DNA of 64,000 nucleotides. It comes from an uncultured delta proteobacterium (GTDB lineage Bacteria > Desulfobacterota > WTBG01). A program made the translations under genes and the position numbers. The notes below the pieces were generated by a model, which was not told where the DNA came from, made no database searches, and saw nothing but the letters and a program-made list of their open reading frames with translations. How positions within the stretch are numbered: position 1 is the stretch's first letter; each line of letters starts with the position of its first letter. Shown in pieces: positions 23,045 to 31,676 of the stretch. The DNA is taken from the NCBI GenBank assembly GCA_963793865.1, contig CAWCBP010000009.1:1-64000 (forward strand). The letters are read 5' to 3'.

Positions 23045-23269
23045 ATCCGGTGCGAAAGCAGGTGGTTGTGCTCAATGCCGAGCCGGAGCCGTCAGAAGGC
23101 GATGCGGACGATGCTGCATCCGGGCCCTCTGACATGAGCGCTGCATTGGAACCCTAGCACAGAAACACCCTGTTTTTCAATACCTATTTTGAGATGGACA
23201 CCACCCGGATTTCATGTTAGAAAAGGCCTCAGCCGGTCACGATGACCGGAAGTCCGGGGGAGGAGTGAA

Positions 23270-24124
23270 TTGAAAAGCTGCGGCATCATCACCAAGAGAA
23301 ACAAACCCGAGGCCCTTTCCCTTGCCCGCGATATTGCGGGGTGGCTTTCCGCGCGCGGCGTGAAAGTCCTCGTCGAAAAGGAGGTTGCGGAACAGATAGG
23401 GCATCCCGACCATATCCATCGTGACGGGATACCCTCCAGCGCGGACCTGCTCATTGTTTTGGGCGGGGACGGCACGCTTTTGAGCGTGGCGAGGTTAAGC
23501 GGGGTGGAATCAATTCCCGTGCTGGGCATCAACCTGGGCGGGCTGGGCTTTCTCACCGAAATTTCCAAGGAGGAAACCTTCCCGGTCCTGGAGAAGATCC
23601 TGGCGGGGGACTTTGAAACAGAGCAGCGGCTGATGCTCAAGGCCACCATCCTTCGCCGGGGAGAGATTATCGGCGAGAGCACGGTGCTCAACGATATCGT
23701 GATCAACAAGGGGGTGCTGGCGCGCATCATCGATATGGAAACCCATATTGACGGCGCGTATCTGACCACCTTCAAGGCGGACGGCCTTATTCTGGCGACG
23801 CCCACGGGCTCAACCGCCTATTCACTGGCTGCGGGCGGGCCCATTGTCTACCCCTCGCTCAACTCCATCATTGTGAATCCCATCTGTCCGCACACCATAA
23901 CCAACCGGCCGCTCGTCGTGCCCGACACGGCCACGGTGAAGATCATTTTGAAAACCGCAGACCAGAATGTCCATATTACCCTGGACGGTCAGGTGGGAAT
24001 GCCCCTTCAGGGAGGCGACGTGGTGGAGGCGCACAAGGCCCCCGGCCACATCCAGCTCATCAGGTCACCCTACAAAACCTACTTTGAACTTTTGAGAAAC
24101 AAGCTGCGGTGGGGTGAGCGCTGA
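23270..24124 (+). CDS. nadK: NAD kinase
   Basis: GGDGT and TPTGSTAYSLAAGG motifs. Confidence 0.95.
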   Translation: MKSCGIITKRNKPEALSLARDIAGWLSARGVKVLVEKEVAEQIGHPDHIHRDGIPSSADLLIVLGGDGTLLSVARLSGVESIPVLGINLGGLGFLTEISKEETFPVLEKILAGDFETEQRLMLKATILRRGEIIGESTVLNDIVINKGVLARIIDMETHIDGAYLTTFKADGLILATPTGSTAYSLAAGGPIVYPSLNSIIVNPICPHTITNRPLVVPDTATVKIILKTADQNVHITLDGQVGMPLQGGDVVEAHKAPGHIQLIRSPYKTYFELLRNKLRWGER

Positions 24125-24145
24125 GGTTCCTGCCGGTGGTCCCTT

Positions 24146-25867
24146 ATGTTACGAGAGCTGCGCATCAGCAATTTAGCCATCATTGATAACCTGAACATCA
24201 CCTTTGCGGAAGGGCTGAATATTCTTTCCGGTGAAACGGGGGCGGGGAAATCCATCATTGTGGGGGCGCTGGGCCTGCTGCTGGGAGGCAGGGCCTCGGC
24301 AGACATGATCAGGTCGGCCGCGGATGAGGCCGTCGTTGAAGCCCTCTTCGAGGGAGGAGGGGATGACACCCTGAGACAGACGCTGGAAGGGTGGGGCATC
24401 CCCGCAGACGACCAGCTGGTGGTCAGGCGGCTCATTTCCCGCACGGGAAAGAGCAGGGCCTATATCAACGGCGGCATGGCAACCCTCCAGATGCTGAACG
24501 GGCTGGGAGCGGAGCTGATCACCATCTCCGGGCAGCACGAGCACCAGACGCTGCTGCAGGTGGACAGGCACGTTGACATGCTGGATGAGTTCGGCAATCT
24601 CCTTGCGCTGCGCGATTCCGTGGCGGAGGGCTACCGGCGCCTGGTGAAAATTCGCCGGCGGTCAAGGGAGCTGGAAGCGCTTGAAGGCGACAAGCAGCAC
24701 CGCGCCGAGCTGCTGCGGTTTCAAATCCGGGAAATCGATGAGGCGGCCGTAAAGCAGGGGGAGGAAGAGGACCTTCGGGAAGAAAAAAAGATCCTCACCC
24801 ACGCACAGAAACTGATCGACCTTGCCGGAGCCGCCTACACCGGCATCTATGCCGGCCAGGATGCCATCCTGGAGGGCCTGCGGGAAGGGCTGGCCCGGCT
24901 TAAGGAAATTGCCGCCATCGACGCATCAATGGCGCCGCAGTTTGCCGCGCTCGAGACCGCGTTTTACCAGATTGAGGAGGTGGCCCGCTCCCTGGAGGAA
25001 TATCTGCAGCGGATGCACTTTGACGCCGGCCGCCTTGAGGCCCTTGAAAACAGGCTCAGCGAGATACACGGGCTCAAAAAGAAGTACGGCGGTTCGGCTG
25101 AGGAGATGTTTCAGTATCGTGACCGGGCTCAGCGGGAGCTTGAACACATGGAGTCAAGCGAGGCTGAACTGGCCGCGCTGAAAAAGGAACAGCAGGAGCT
25201 CGGGGAGAAGGTGCTTGAGAGAGCGCGATCGCTTTCCGATAAGCGGTCGGCGGGCGCGGCGCGGCTGAGCGACAGGGTGGCCGGTGAGCTCGCCGGCCTG
25301 GGGATGAAGAAGGCCCTGTTCAGCGCCGAGGTGCGGCACGCGCGCGGCTCAGCGCGCAATGAATCGGCTGAGGTGATACCCCTGGGGGACTGCGGACTTA
25401 CCGAGAAGGGGCTGGATGAGGTGGAATTCTTCTTCGGCCCCAACCCCGGGGAGGGTTTAAAGCCGCTTGCCAAAATTGCATCCGGCGGAGAGCTCTCGCG
25501 CCTGGTGCTTGCCATGAAAAAGGTGGTGACGGGGGGCAGGGCGGCCGCGACGCTCATCTTCGATGAAGTGGACAGCGGCATAGGAGGTGCGGTGGCTGAA
25601 GTGGTGGGAAGAAAGCTGAAGGAGATTGCCGGGCGGCAGCAGACCATCTGCATTACCCATCTTGCCCAGATTGCCTCGTTTGCCGACCGTCACCATTCCA
25701 TTTCCAAAAAGACGCAGCAGGGGCGGACCGTCACCCTGGTGAAAAACCTCGATTCGCTGAAGGACCGGGAGGATGAAGTTGCCAGAATGCTGGGCGGCAC
25801 CACCATTACGCCGAAGACCAGGGAGCATGCCCGCGAGATGCTCAAGGCTGCCCGGGGCAGGGCATGA
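24146..25867 (+). CDS. recN: DNA repair protein RecN
   Basis: GETGAGKS, ASGGELSR, FDEVDSG and ITHLAQIA motifs. Confidence 0.96.
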   Translation: MLRELRISNLAIIDNLNITFAEGLNILSGETGAGKSIIVGALGLLLGGRASADMIRSAADEAVVEALFEGGGDDTLRQTLEGWGIPADDQLVVRRLISRTGKSRAYINGGMATLQMLNGLGAELITISGQHEHQTLLQVDRHVDMLDEFGNLLALRDSVAEGYRRLVKIRRRSRELEALEGDKQHRAELLRFQIREIDEAAVKQGEEEDLREEKKILTHAQKLIDLAGAAYTGIYAGQDAILEGLREGLARLKEIAAIDASMAPQFAALETAFYQIEEVARSLEEYLQRMHFDAGRLEALENRLSEIHGLKKKYGGSAEEMFQYRDRAQRELEHMESSEAELAALKKEQQELGEKVLERARSLSDKRSAGAARLSDRVAGELAGLGMKKALFSAEVRHARGSARNESAEVIPLGDCGLTEKGLDEVEFFFGPNPGEGLKPLAKIASGGELSRLVLAMKKVVTGGRAAATLIFDEVDSGIGGAVAEVVGRKLKEIAGRQQTICITHLAQIASFADRHHSISKKTQQGRTVTLVKNLDSLKDREDEVARMLGGTTITPKTREHAREMLKAARGRA

Positions 25868-26331
25868 AGAACGCCATGATCAGAAATGCCAGAATTGAGG
25901 ATGTCAAAATCATACAGCAGATGCTCAACACCTTTGCCGAGCAGGGGGCGGTTCTGCCGCGTTCTCTCAGCGAAATATACGATCACCTCAGGGATTACAG
26001 CGTGTATTGCCACGGTGATGAGGGAACCATCATCGGCACCTGCGCCATTCATGTGTGCTGGGATGACCTTGCCGAGATACGCTCGCTCGCGGTCGGCAAC
26101 GGGTTTGCCGGGCGGGGTATCGGGCGGGCCCTGGTGGAGCACTGCATTGTCCAGGCAAAGGAACTCGGCATCAAACGGGTGTTTGCCCTGACCTACTCAA
26201 CCGGCTTTTTTGAAAAGGTCGGTTTTTACGCCATCGACAAGGCGGGCCTGCCGCACAAAATCTGGGCGGATTGCCTGAAGTGCGCCAAGTTTCCCGACTG
26301 CGATGAAGTGGCCATGGTCAGGGAAATCTAG
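25864..26331 (+). CDS. GNAT acetyltransferase, short ArgA-like (N-acetylglutamate synthase type)
   Basis: LAEIRSLAV, GRGIG and LPHKIWADCLKCAKFPDCDE. Confidence 0.8.
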   Translation: MKNAMIRNARIEDVKIIQQMLNTFAEQGAVLPRSLSEIYDHLRDYSVYCHGDEGTIIGTCAIHVCWDDLAEIRSLAVGNGFAGRGIGRALVEHCIVQAKELGIKRVFALTYSTGFFEKVGFYAIDKAGLPHKIWADCLKCAKFPDCDEVAMVREI

Positions 26332-26586
26332 CAGGCTGTTGAAAAATATTTTCCCCGGACTTGTCCAAAACCGAGATTGCCGCGCTTCGCTCGCAATGAC
26401 AAAATCAAACAATGACGCACCAATAGGGTCATTGCGAGGAGCATAAGCGACGAAGCAATCTCATGTAAAAAGTTTAATAAAATTAAAGGACAATTATCTT
26501 GTTTTGGAAATACTGATTTTCCCCAGGATGTTCAAAAGCCCCTCCCCTTGAGCCACGAATCGGATGGATGTTTTTCAACAGCCTGC
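26331..26586. mobile_element. MITE-like element with 16-bp perfect terminal inverted repeats and an internal REP-like pair
   Basis: GCAGGCTGTTGAAAAA (26331-26346) and TTTTTCAACAGCCTGC (26571-26586); no credible ORF inside. Confidence 0.7.
26373..26462. repeat. Inverted pair of REP-like palindromes
   Basis: GAGATTGC...CTCGCAATGAC (26373-26400) and GTCATTGCGAG...GCAATCTC (26428-26462) have complementary ends. Confidence 0.65.
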
Positions 26587-26597
26587 CGGGCGCCCGT

Positions 26598-27980
26598 TTA
26601 CTTCCCTATACAGAAGCGGCTGAAGATCGCGTCGAGCACCTCATCGGAGGACGAAGTGCCGGTAATTTCTCCGAGGTGCTGCGCGGCGAAGTGAAGGTCC
26701 GCCGCGACAAACTCCGGTGGGATCCTGTTCTGCAGCCCCCGCTCGGCATGCTCAAGGGCCTCCAGGGCTTTCTCCAGCGCGCGGGCATGGCGCAGCGTGG
26801 TGATGACCGTGTGTGCGGGGAGGCTGCTGCCGTTTGCAAGCAGCGTTGAGGCAATGGCTTCTTTAAGCTCTTCCATCCCCGTCCCGCGCAGGGCGGAGAC
26901 CGCAACCATCCGGCTTTCCGGGAAGCGGCCCCTGATCGTTTCCAGGGCGGCCGTTCCGGGAAGATCAGCCTTGTTGCACGCCACAACCACCTTTTTATCC
27001 CGGAGGCGGTTGAACAGCTCTTGGTCCCGTTCGTCCAGACCGGCGCTCCCGTCGATTACCAGCAGGGTGAGATCGGCCTGATCAAGCATCCGGCCGGTTA
27101 TGCGCACCCCCGCCTCCTCGATGATATCTGTCGCATCCCGCAAGCCCGCGGTGTCCACCAGCTTCAGGGGCATTCCCCTGATCACCAGCGATTCCTCGAT
27201 GCAGTCCCGGGTCGTTCCCGGGAGTGAGGTCACAATGGCCCGCTCCTCGTTCAGCAGGCGGTTGAAAAGGGTTGATTTGCCCACGTTGGGCTTGCCGGCA
27301 ATGACCGTGCACGCCCCTTCCCGAACAAGCCTGCCCCGGTCATAGGTATGCATGAGGTCGGCAAGCCGCGCGATGATGTGACCGGTTTGCGCCCGCAGCT
27401 CCTCAGGGGAGGGCGGATCGAGGTCGTCCTCGGGGAACTCAATTGATGCCTCCAGCGCGGAGAGAACCATCAGCAGCTCGTCGCGCAGCCGGTTGAGTTC
27501 CAGGGAGAGACTTCCCTTCAGCTGTTCCGCAGCCTGGCGCGCGCCCGCGGCGCTTCGGGCCTCAATGAGATCGATGACCGCCTCTGCCTGGGCTAAATCA
27601 ATGCGGCCGTTGAGGAAGGCGCGCCGGGTAAATTCACCGGGTTCCGCCGGCCGCGCTCCGGCGGAGATTGCCAGGCACAGAACCTGCTCAAGCACCACCT
27701 GGCCGCCGTGGCAGTTTATCTCCACCACATCCTCCCTCGTGTAGCTGTGCGGATGCGCCATGAAGGAAACCAGGACCTCATCAAGGGTTTGCCTGGTTTG
27801 GGGATGGACAATCTCTCCGTAATAGATGCGGTGGCTTTCGAGAGGGAGGGAGGCATGGCGGGGATGGAATATGCGCTCGGCGATTTCAACCGACCGGGGC
27901 CCGCTCATTTTGATGATGCCGATGCCTCCCCTGCCGGGGGGGGTGGCAATGGCGGCTATGGTGTCATCCCTGCTTTCCAT
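26598..27980 (-). CDS. mnmE: tRNA modification GTPase
   Basis: DTIAAIATP, GKPNVGKS, GTTRD and C-terminal FCIGK. Confidence 0.97.
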   Translation of the reverse strand: MESRDDTIAAIATPPGRGGIGIIKMSGPRSVEIAERIFHPRHASLPLESHRIYYGEIVHPQTRQTLDEVLVSFMAHPHSYTREDVVEINCHGGQVVLEQVLCLAISAGARPAEPGEFTRRAFLNGRIDLAQAEAVIDLIEARSAAGARQAAEQLKGSLSLELNRLRDELLMVLSALEASIEFPEDDLDPPSPEELRAQTGHIIARLADLMHTYDRGRLVREGACTVIAGKPNVGKSTLFNRLLNEERAIVTSLPGTTRDCIEESLVIRGMPLKLVDTAGLRDATDIIEEAGVRITGRMLDQADLTLLVIDGSAGLDERDQELFNRLRDKKVVVACNKADLPGTAALETIRGRFPESRMVAVSALRGTGMEELKEAIASTLLANGSSLPAHTVITTLRHARALEKALEALEHAERGLQNRIPPEFVAADLHFAAQHLGEITGTSSSDEVLDAIFSRFCIGK

Positions 27981-27994
27981 ACGCTCAGGCCGGT

Positions 27995-28639
27995 TTAGAC
28001 GGAATCAGGTTTTTTGGGCGATATGACCACGCTGCGGTAGATGCCTTCCCCTTTGCTGTGCGTGGTCAATTCGGCATCGTCCTGCAGCGCCAGGTGAATG
28101 ATGCGGCGCTCGAAGGGGTTGAGGGGGCTGGTGCTGACCGGAATGTCCTTGGACTTGGCCCGTTCCCCCAGCCGCTGTGCCAGTTCGACAAGCGTCTCCT
28201 TTCTTCTCCTGCGGTACCCCTCGGTATCGATGATGATCTGTTTTGTGGCGTCGGGAGAGCGGCGGGCGATTTTGTTAACCAGGTATTGCAGCGCATCGAG
28301 CGTTTGCCCTTTGCGCCCGATGAGGATGCCGCTGCCGTCGCTCTTGATTTCGAGGTTGATGCACTCGCTGTCTTCAGTGACCTCAACCGCAGTGCTCACC
28401 CCGAAGCGGTAGAGGATGTTTTCCAGCACCTCTTTGGCCAGCGGAGCACATTCCTGCGGCTGCGGCTCCCTGATGGATGCCTTTATCTTCACCTTGCCGC
28501 CGCCGATGATACCGAACAGCTTGTTTGAGTTTTCAGAGATCACCTCGACGTCCAGCTCGTCCCGGGACCTGCCCAGCTGCTCGCTGGCCTTGGTGAGTGC
28601 CTCTTCCATGGTTTTGGCTTCGATCTCTACTGTTGACAT
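27995..28639 (-). CDS. jag: Jag/KhpB (EloR) RNA-binding protein
   Basis: Jag-N region, KH motif LIGRKGQTLDALQYL and R3H motif ERRIIH. Confidence 0.93.
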   Translation of the reverse strand: MSTVEIEAKTMEEALTKASEQLGRSRDELDVEVISENSNKLFGIIGGGKVKIKASIREPQPQECAPLAKEVLENILYRFGVSTAVEVTEDSECINLEIKSDGSGILIGRKGQTLDALQYLVNKIARRSPDATKQIIIDTEGYRRRRKETLVELAQRLGERAKSKDIPVSTSPLNPFERRIIHLALQDDAELTTHSKGEGIYRSVVISPKKPDSV

Positions 28640-28658
28640 GGTATGTAACCTCCCACTG

Positions 28659-30380
28659 CTATGCGGCGTGCTTGTTGATGTAGTATTGCTGGGCGATGGA
28701 CAAAACGTTGGTCACCAGCCAGTAGATGACCAGCCCCGAAGGAAAGCTTAAGAACATAAAGGTGAACATGACCGGCATGATGAGCATGATCTTTGCCTGG
28801 GCCGGGTCCCCGACGGTGGGGGTCATCTTCTGCTGGATGAACATTGACGCGCCCATCAGGAGGGGAGAGATCAGGGTGGGATCCTTCGAGGAGAGGTCAT
28901 TTATCCAGTATGATATAAAGGGTGCGTGGCGGAGCTCAATGGAATTGAGCAGAACCCGGTAGAGCGCAAAAAAGACCGGTATCTGTATGAGGATGGGCAA
29001 ACACCCCCCCAGCGGATTGACCTTGTTCGACCGGTAGAACTCGAGCGTTCTGCGGTTCAACTCCTCCTTGTTGTCCTTGTACTTTTCTTTGAGCTCGGCC
29101 AGCTTGGGCTGAATCTTCTGCATTTCTTTCATGGATTTCTGGCTTTTGTGGGTCAGCGGCCAGAAGATGATTTTGATGCCGACGGAAAGAAAGATGATGG
29201 CCAGTCCGTAGTTGGGGATAAACCGGTAAAACAGCTTCAAAATGTAAAGCATGGGCTTGGCAACGGGGTCCAGCCAGCCGAAGCTCAGTATTTTACCCAG
29301 CCCGCCCGGCCCCTTCTCAAGGTGGTTAAAATCCTTGGGACCCAGATATGCTGTGGATGAAAACGTCCTGCTGTCGTCGGGCGGAATGGAAGCGGGAGGA
29401 TACACCAGCCGGAACGACACTTCATCGTTCAGCGGCTTGAAGAGCTTGAGCTTCAGGTCCTGCGCGTCCCGCGGAATGAATGTTTCAATGAAATACTTTT
29501 CCTCAAAACCCGCCCACTTTATGTCCCCGGAGAACAGCTTGTCTTCCTTTATGTCTCCGACCGCCTTTCTGTTTAAGGTGTCCGATATGAGGTATAAAAA
29601 GCTGTCGACGTCCCCCCCGCCCGCGCCAAAGAGCCCCCCGCCGGAACTGCCTGATCCGGGCTTTATCTCCAGGGGCCAGATGAAGGCGGGGCTTATTTCT
29701 ATGGGCTGGGAGGTTTTGTTTTCTACGGTAAAATTGCAGTCGATGTAATAGCTCTCGTTAAAAAAGGTGAACTGCTTGATAAAAGTAATTCCCTCGGGGG
29801 ACGTCCAGGAAAAGCTGATTTCCCCCTGCGGGCTGCCGTCGGCAAGCGAGAGCGATTCTGCGCTGGAGGTAAACGGAGCGCGCGCAAGTCGGGCGCTTTC
29901 GATTCCGTCAAGGGCGGTTTGAAAGGGGTGGCTCGCCGTGCCGCGATAGCTCACCAGATCTTTACTCTCGGGCACGTGATTGATCAGGGTCGTGTCATAA
30001 AAACGGCTGAAAGGAAACAAAGAGCAGATTTCAGGCAGAACGGCGTGGTCCGTATAACGATGAAGCCCGAATGATTTTAAGCACGCACCCTGTGAAGAAA
30101 AACGGGCTGTGTACAGTTTTGTCGCAATGACGATCTCCGGCTCAGGAGGCAGTTCGGGGATGTCCCTGTCTGAAAGCGAGGGCAGGAGCGGTGCGTCCTG
30201 GCGATCCTGCGGAAGCTGCTCCTCCCCCGCATTCGTTGCCGGCCGGACGGGTTCCTCCTGACCGGGTTCCCGGGAAGGAAGCTTGCCTGTCTTCACCGGC
30301 TCGGGAGTAGGAAATAAAAATTGCCAGAGCAGAAGGATGGCCAAAGAAAGGGTAATAGCAATGAGAGCTCTTTTTTCCAT
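28659..30380 (-). CDS. yidC: Membrane protein insertase
   Basis: NPLGGCLPILIQIPVF and PSGLVIYW motifs. Confidence 0.96.
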   Translation of the reverse strand: MEKRALIAITLSLAILLLWQFLFPTPEPVKTGKLPSREPGQEEPVRPATNAGEEQLPQDRQDAPLLPSLSDRDIPELPPEPEIVIATKLYTARFSSQGACLKSFGLHRYTDHAVLPEICSLFPFSRFYDTTLINHVPESKDLVSYRGTASHPFQTALDGIESARLARAPFTSSAESLSLADGSPQGEISFSWTSPEGITFIKQFTFFNESYYIDCNFTVENKTSQPIEISPAFIWPLEIKPGSGSSGGGLFGAGGGDVDSFLYLISDTLNRKAVGDIKEDKLFSGDIKWAGFEEKYFIETFIPRDAQDLKLKLFKPLNDEVSFRLVYPPASIPPDDSRTFSSTAYLGPKDFNHLEKGPGGLGKILSFGWLDPVAKPMLYILKLFYRFIPNYGLAIIFLSVGIKIIFWPLTHKSQKSMKEMQKIQPKLAELKEKYKDNKEELNRRTLEFYRSNKVNPLGGCLPILIQIPVFFALYRVLLNSIELRHAPFISYWINDLSSKDPTLISPLLMGASMFIQQKMTPTVGDPAQAKIMLIMPVMFTFMFLSFPSGLVIYWLVTNVLSIAQQYYINKHAA

Positions 30381-30392
30381 GTGATAAAGGCC

Positions 30393-30611
30393 TTAGATTT
30401 TGGGAACAGGATCATTACCCCCGGGATGAAAAGGGTGGCATTTAAGAATCCTGACCACGGTTAGCGCCAACCCCCTAAAAAACCCATGGGTTTCGAAGGC
30501 TTGCACGGCATAGGAGGAGCACGAAGGGTTAAATCGACAAGCAGAACCGGTAAGGGGTGAGAGGCATAACTTGTACAACTTTATCAGGCTGATGACCAGT
30601 CTTGTGATCAT
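30393..30611 (-). CDS. yidD: Membrane protein insertion efficiency factor
   Basis: CRFNPSCSSY...KCHPFHPGG. Confidence 0.95.
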   Translation of the reverse strand: MITRLVISLIKLYKLCLSPLTGSACRFNPSCSSYAVQAFETHGFFRGLALTVVRILKCHPFHPGGNDPVPKI

Positions 30612-30632
30612 TGAAACGGGCTATGCACCATT

Positions 30633-30983
30633 CTATGTCCGGGGCCGGCACGCCACAAGAAAGCCTTTTAATTCATCGCGAAGGCCCGTAAAATCAAGCT
30701 TATCTGCCCCCGGCTTTGCAATGAACAGAATATCAGAGGAGGGAGGAAGCTGCACTTTGTTCAGCCTGAAAAACTCTCTCAGCAGCCGCTTGATACGGTT
30801 TCTCTTTGCTGCTGAACCTGTTTTCCTGCTGGCGGTAATCCCCAGGCGCCGCTGCCGGAGGTCGTTGGGACAGATAAGCACCGTGAAATGTTCAGTGCCT
30901 GAACCCGAACCCTTTCTGAGAGCACGTTTAAATTCAAAAGCTTTGAGCAGCTTTTCCTCTTTGCCGAGACCGAACGTTTTCAT
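30633..30983 (-). CDS. rnpA: Ribonuclease P protein component
   Basis: RLGITASRKTGSAAKRNRIKRLLRE (RNR motif); probable ATG at 30983. Confidence 0.93.
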   Translation of the reverse strand: MKTFGLGKEEKLLKAFEFKRALRKGSGSGTEHFTVLICPNDLRQRRLGITASRKTGSAAKRNRIKRLLREFFRLNKVQLPPSSDILFIAKPGADKLDFTGLRDELKGFLVACRPRT

Positions 30984-31044
30984 GAGGCGCAGCAGGATAA
31001 TGAGAGCGGCAGCAAGGAATGGAGAGAAAATCAAGCGAGAAAAG

Positions 31045-31179
31045 CTAGACGGCCAACCGCTTTCTTCCTTTTGCCCTCCTTCTATTGAGGACCTTTCTTC
31101 CGGCCTTGGTGCTCATCCTGGTTAGAAAACCGAAAGTCCTTTTTCTTTTTGTGTTGCTCGGTTGATAAGTCCGCTTCAA
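31045..31179 (-). CDS. rpmH: 50S ribosomal protein L34
   Basis: Manual translation from TTG gives [44 protein letters not shown]; too short for the ORF track. Confidence 0.96.
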   Translation of the reverse strand: MKRTYQPSNTKRKRTFGFLTRMSTKAGRKVLNRRRAKGRKRLAV

Positions 31180-31268
31180 GATGTACCCCTTTATCAATGA
31201 TTAACAAAGTGGGAGAATTATTCATAAAATGAGCGATTTGTCAAGCTCAAAACATGTGCGTGAAATAA

Positions 31269-31344
31269 AAGGTAGATAGATTCTCTGGGTGAGTAGCCCT
31301 CAAGGCGCGCATGAAACTCCACCTTCCTAAAATCTATCTACCTT
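31269..31344. ncRNA. Candidate structured RNA (long hairpin)
   Basis: Perfect 14-bp arms AAGGTAGATAGATT/AATCTATCTACCTT, additional internal pairing, and an upstream minus-strand TTGACT-N17-TTTAAT. Confidence 0.4.
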
Positions 31345-31461
31345 GCTCTTTTTATATACATTAAAACATGAAGACGGCTGAAAGTCAAGTGCTGTTTAAT
31401 GCTTTAAACCATGAAAACCTGCCGGGTTAGGCTGGCCGGACTGAATTATGGCTGATTAAAC

Positions 31462-31538
31462 TGGCGCCCCCGACACGATTCGAACGTGCGACCTCTGGAT
31501 TAGGAATCCATTGCTCTATCCTACTGAGCTACGGGGGC
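31462..31538 (-). tRNA. tRNA-Arg(CCT)
   Basis: 77-nt cloverleaf GCCCCCG...GTTCGAATC...CGGGGGCGCCA with anticodon loop TTCCTAA. Confidence 0.95.
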
Positions 31539-31610
31539 AGCATTTGTGGGATGACAGGTTAAATGTAGATTGTTTTGAGTGTGGTTGTCAAGAATATTCA
31601 TTTAACAAAG

Positions 31611-31638
31611 AGGGCTGATAGCGTGTGCTATCAGCCCT
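31611..31638. terminator. Hairpin terminator downstream of the Cys-rich gene
   Basis: 12-bp perfect stem AGGGCTGATAGC/GCTATCAGCCCT with a 4-nt loop. Confidence 0.65.
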
Positions 31639-31676
31639 TCTTTGGCGTTGCTTACGGCTGCTGTTCGGGCGCAGCT

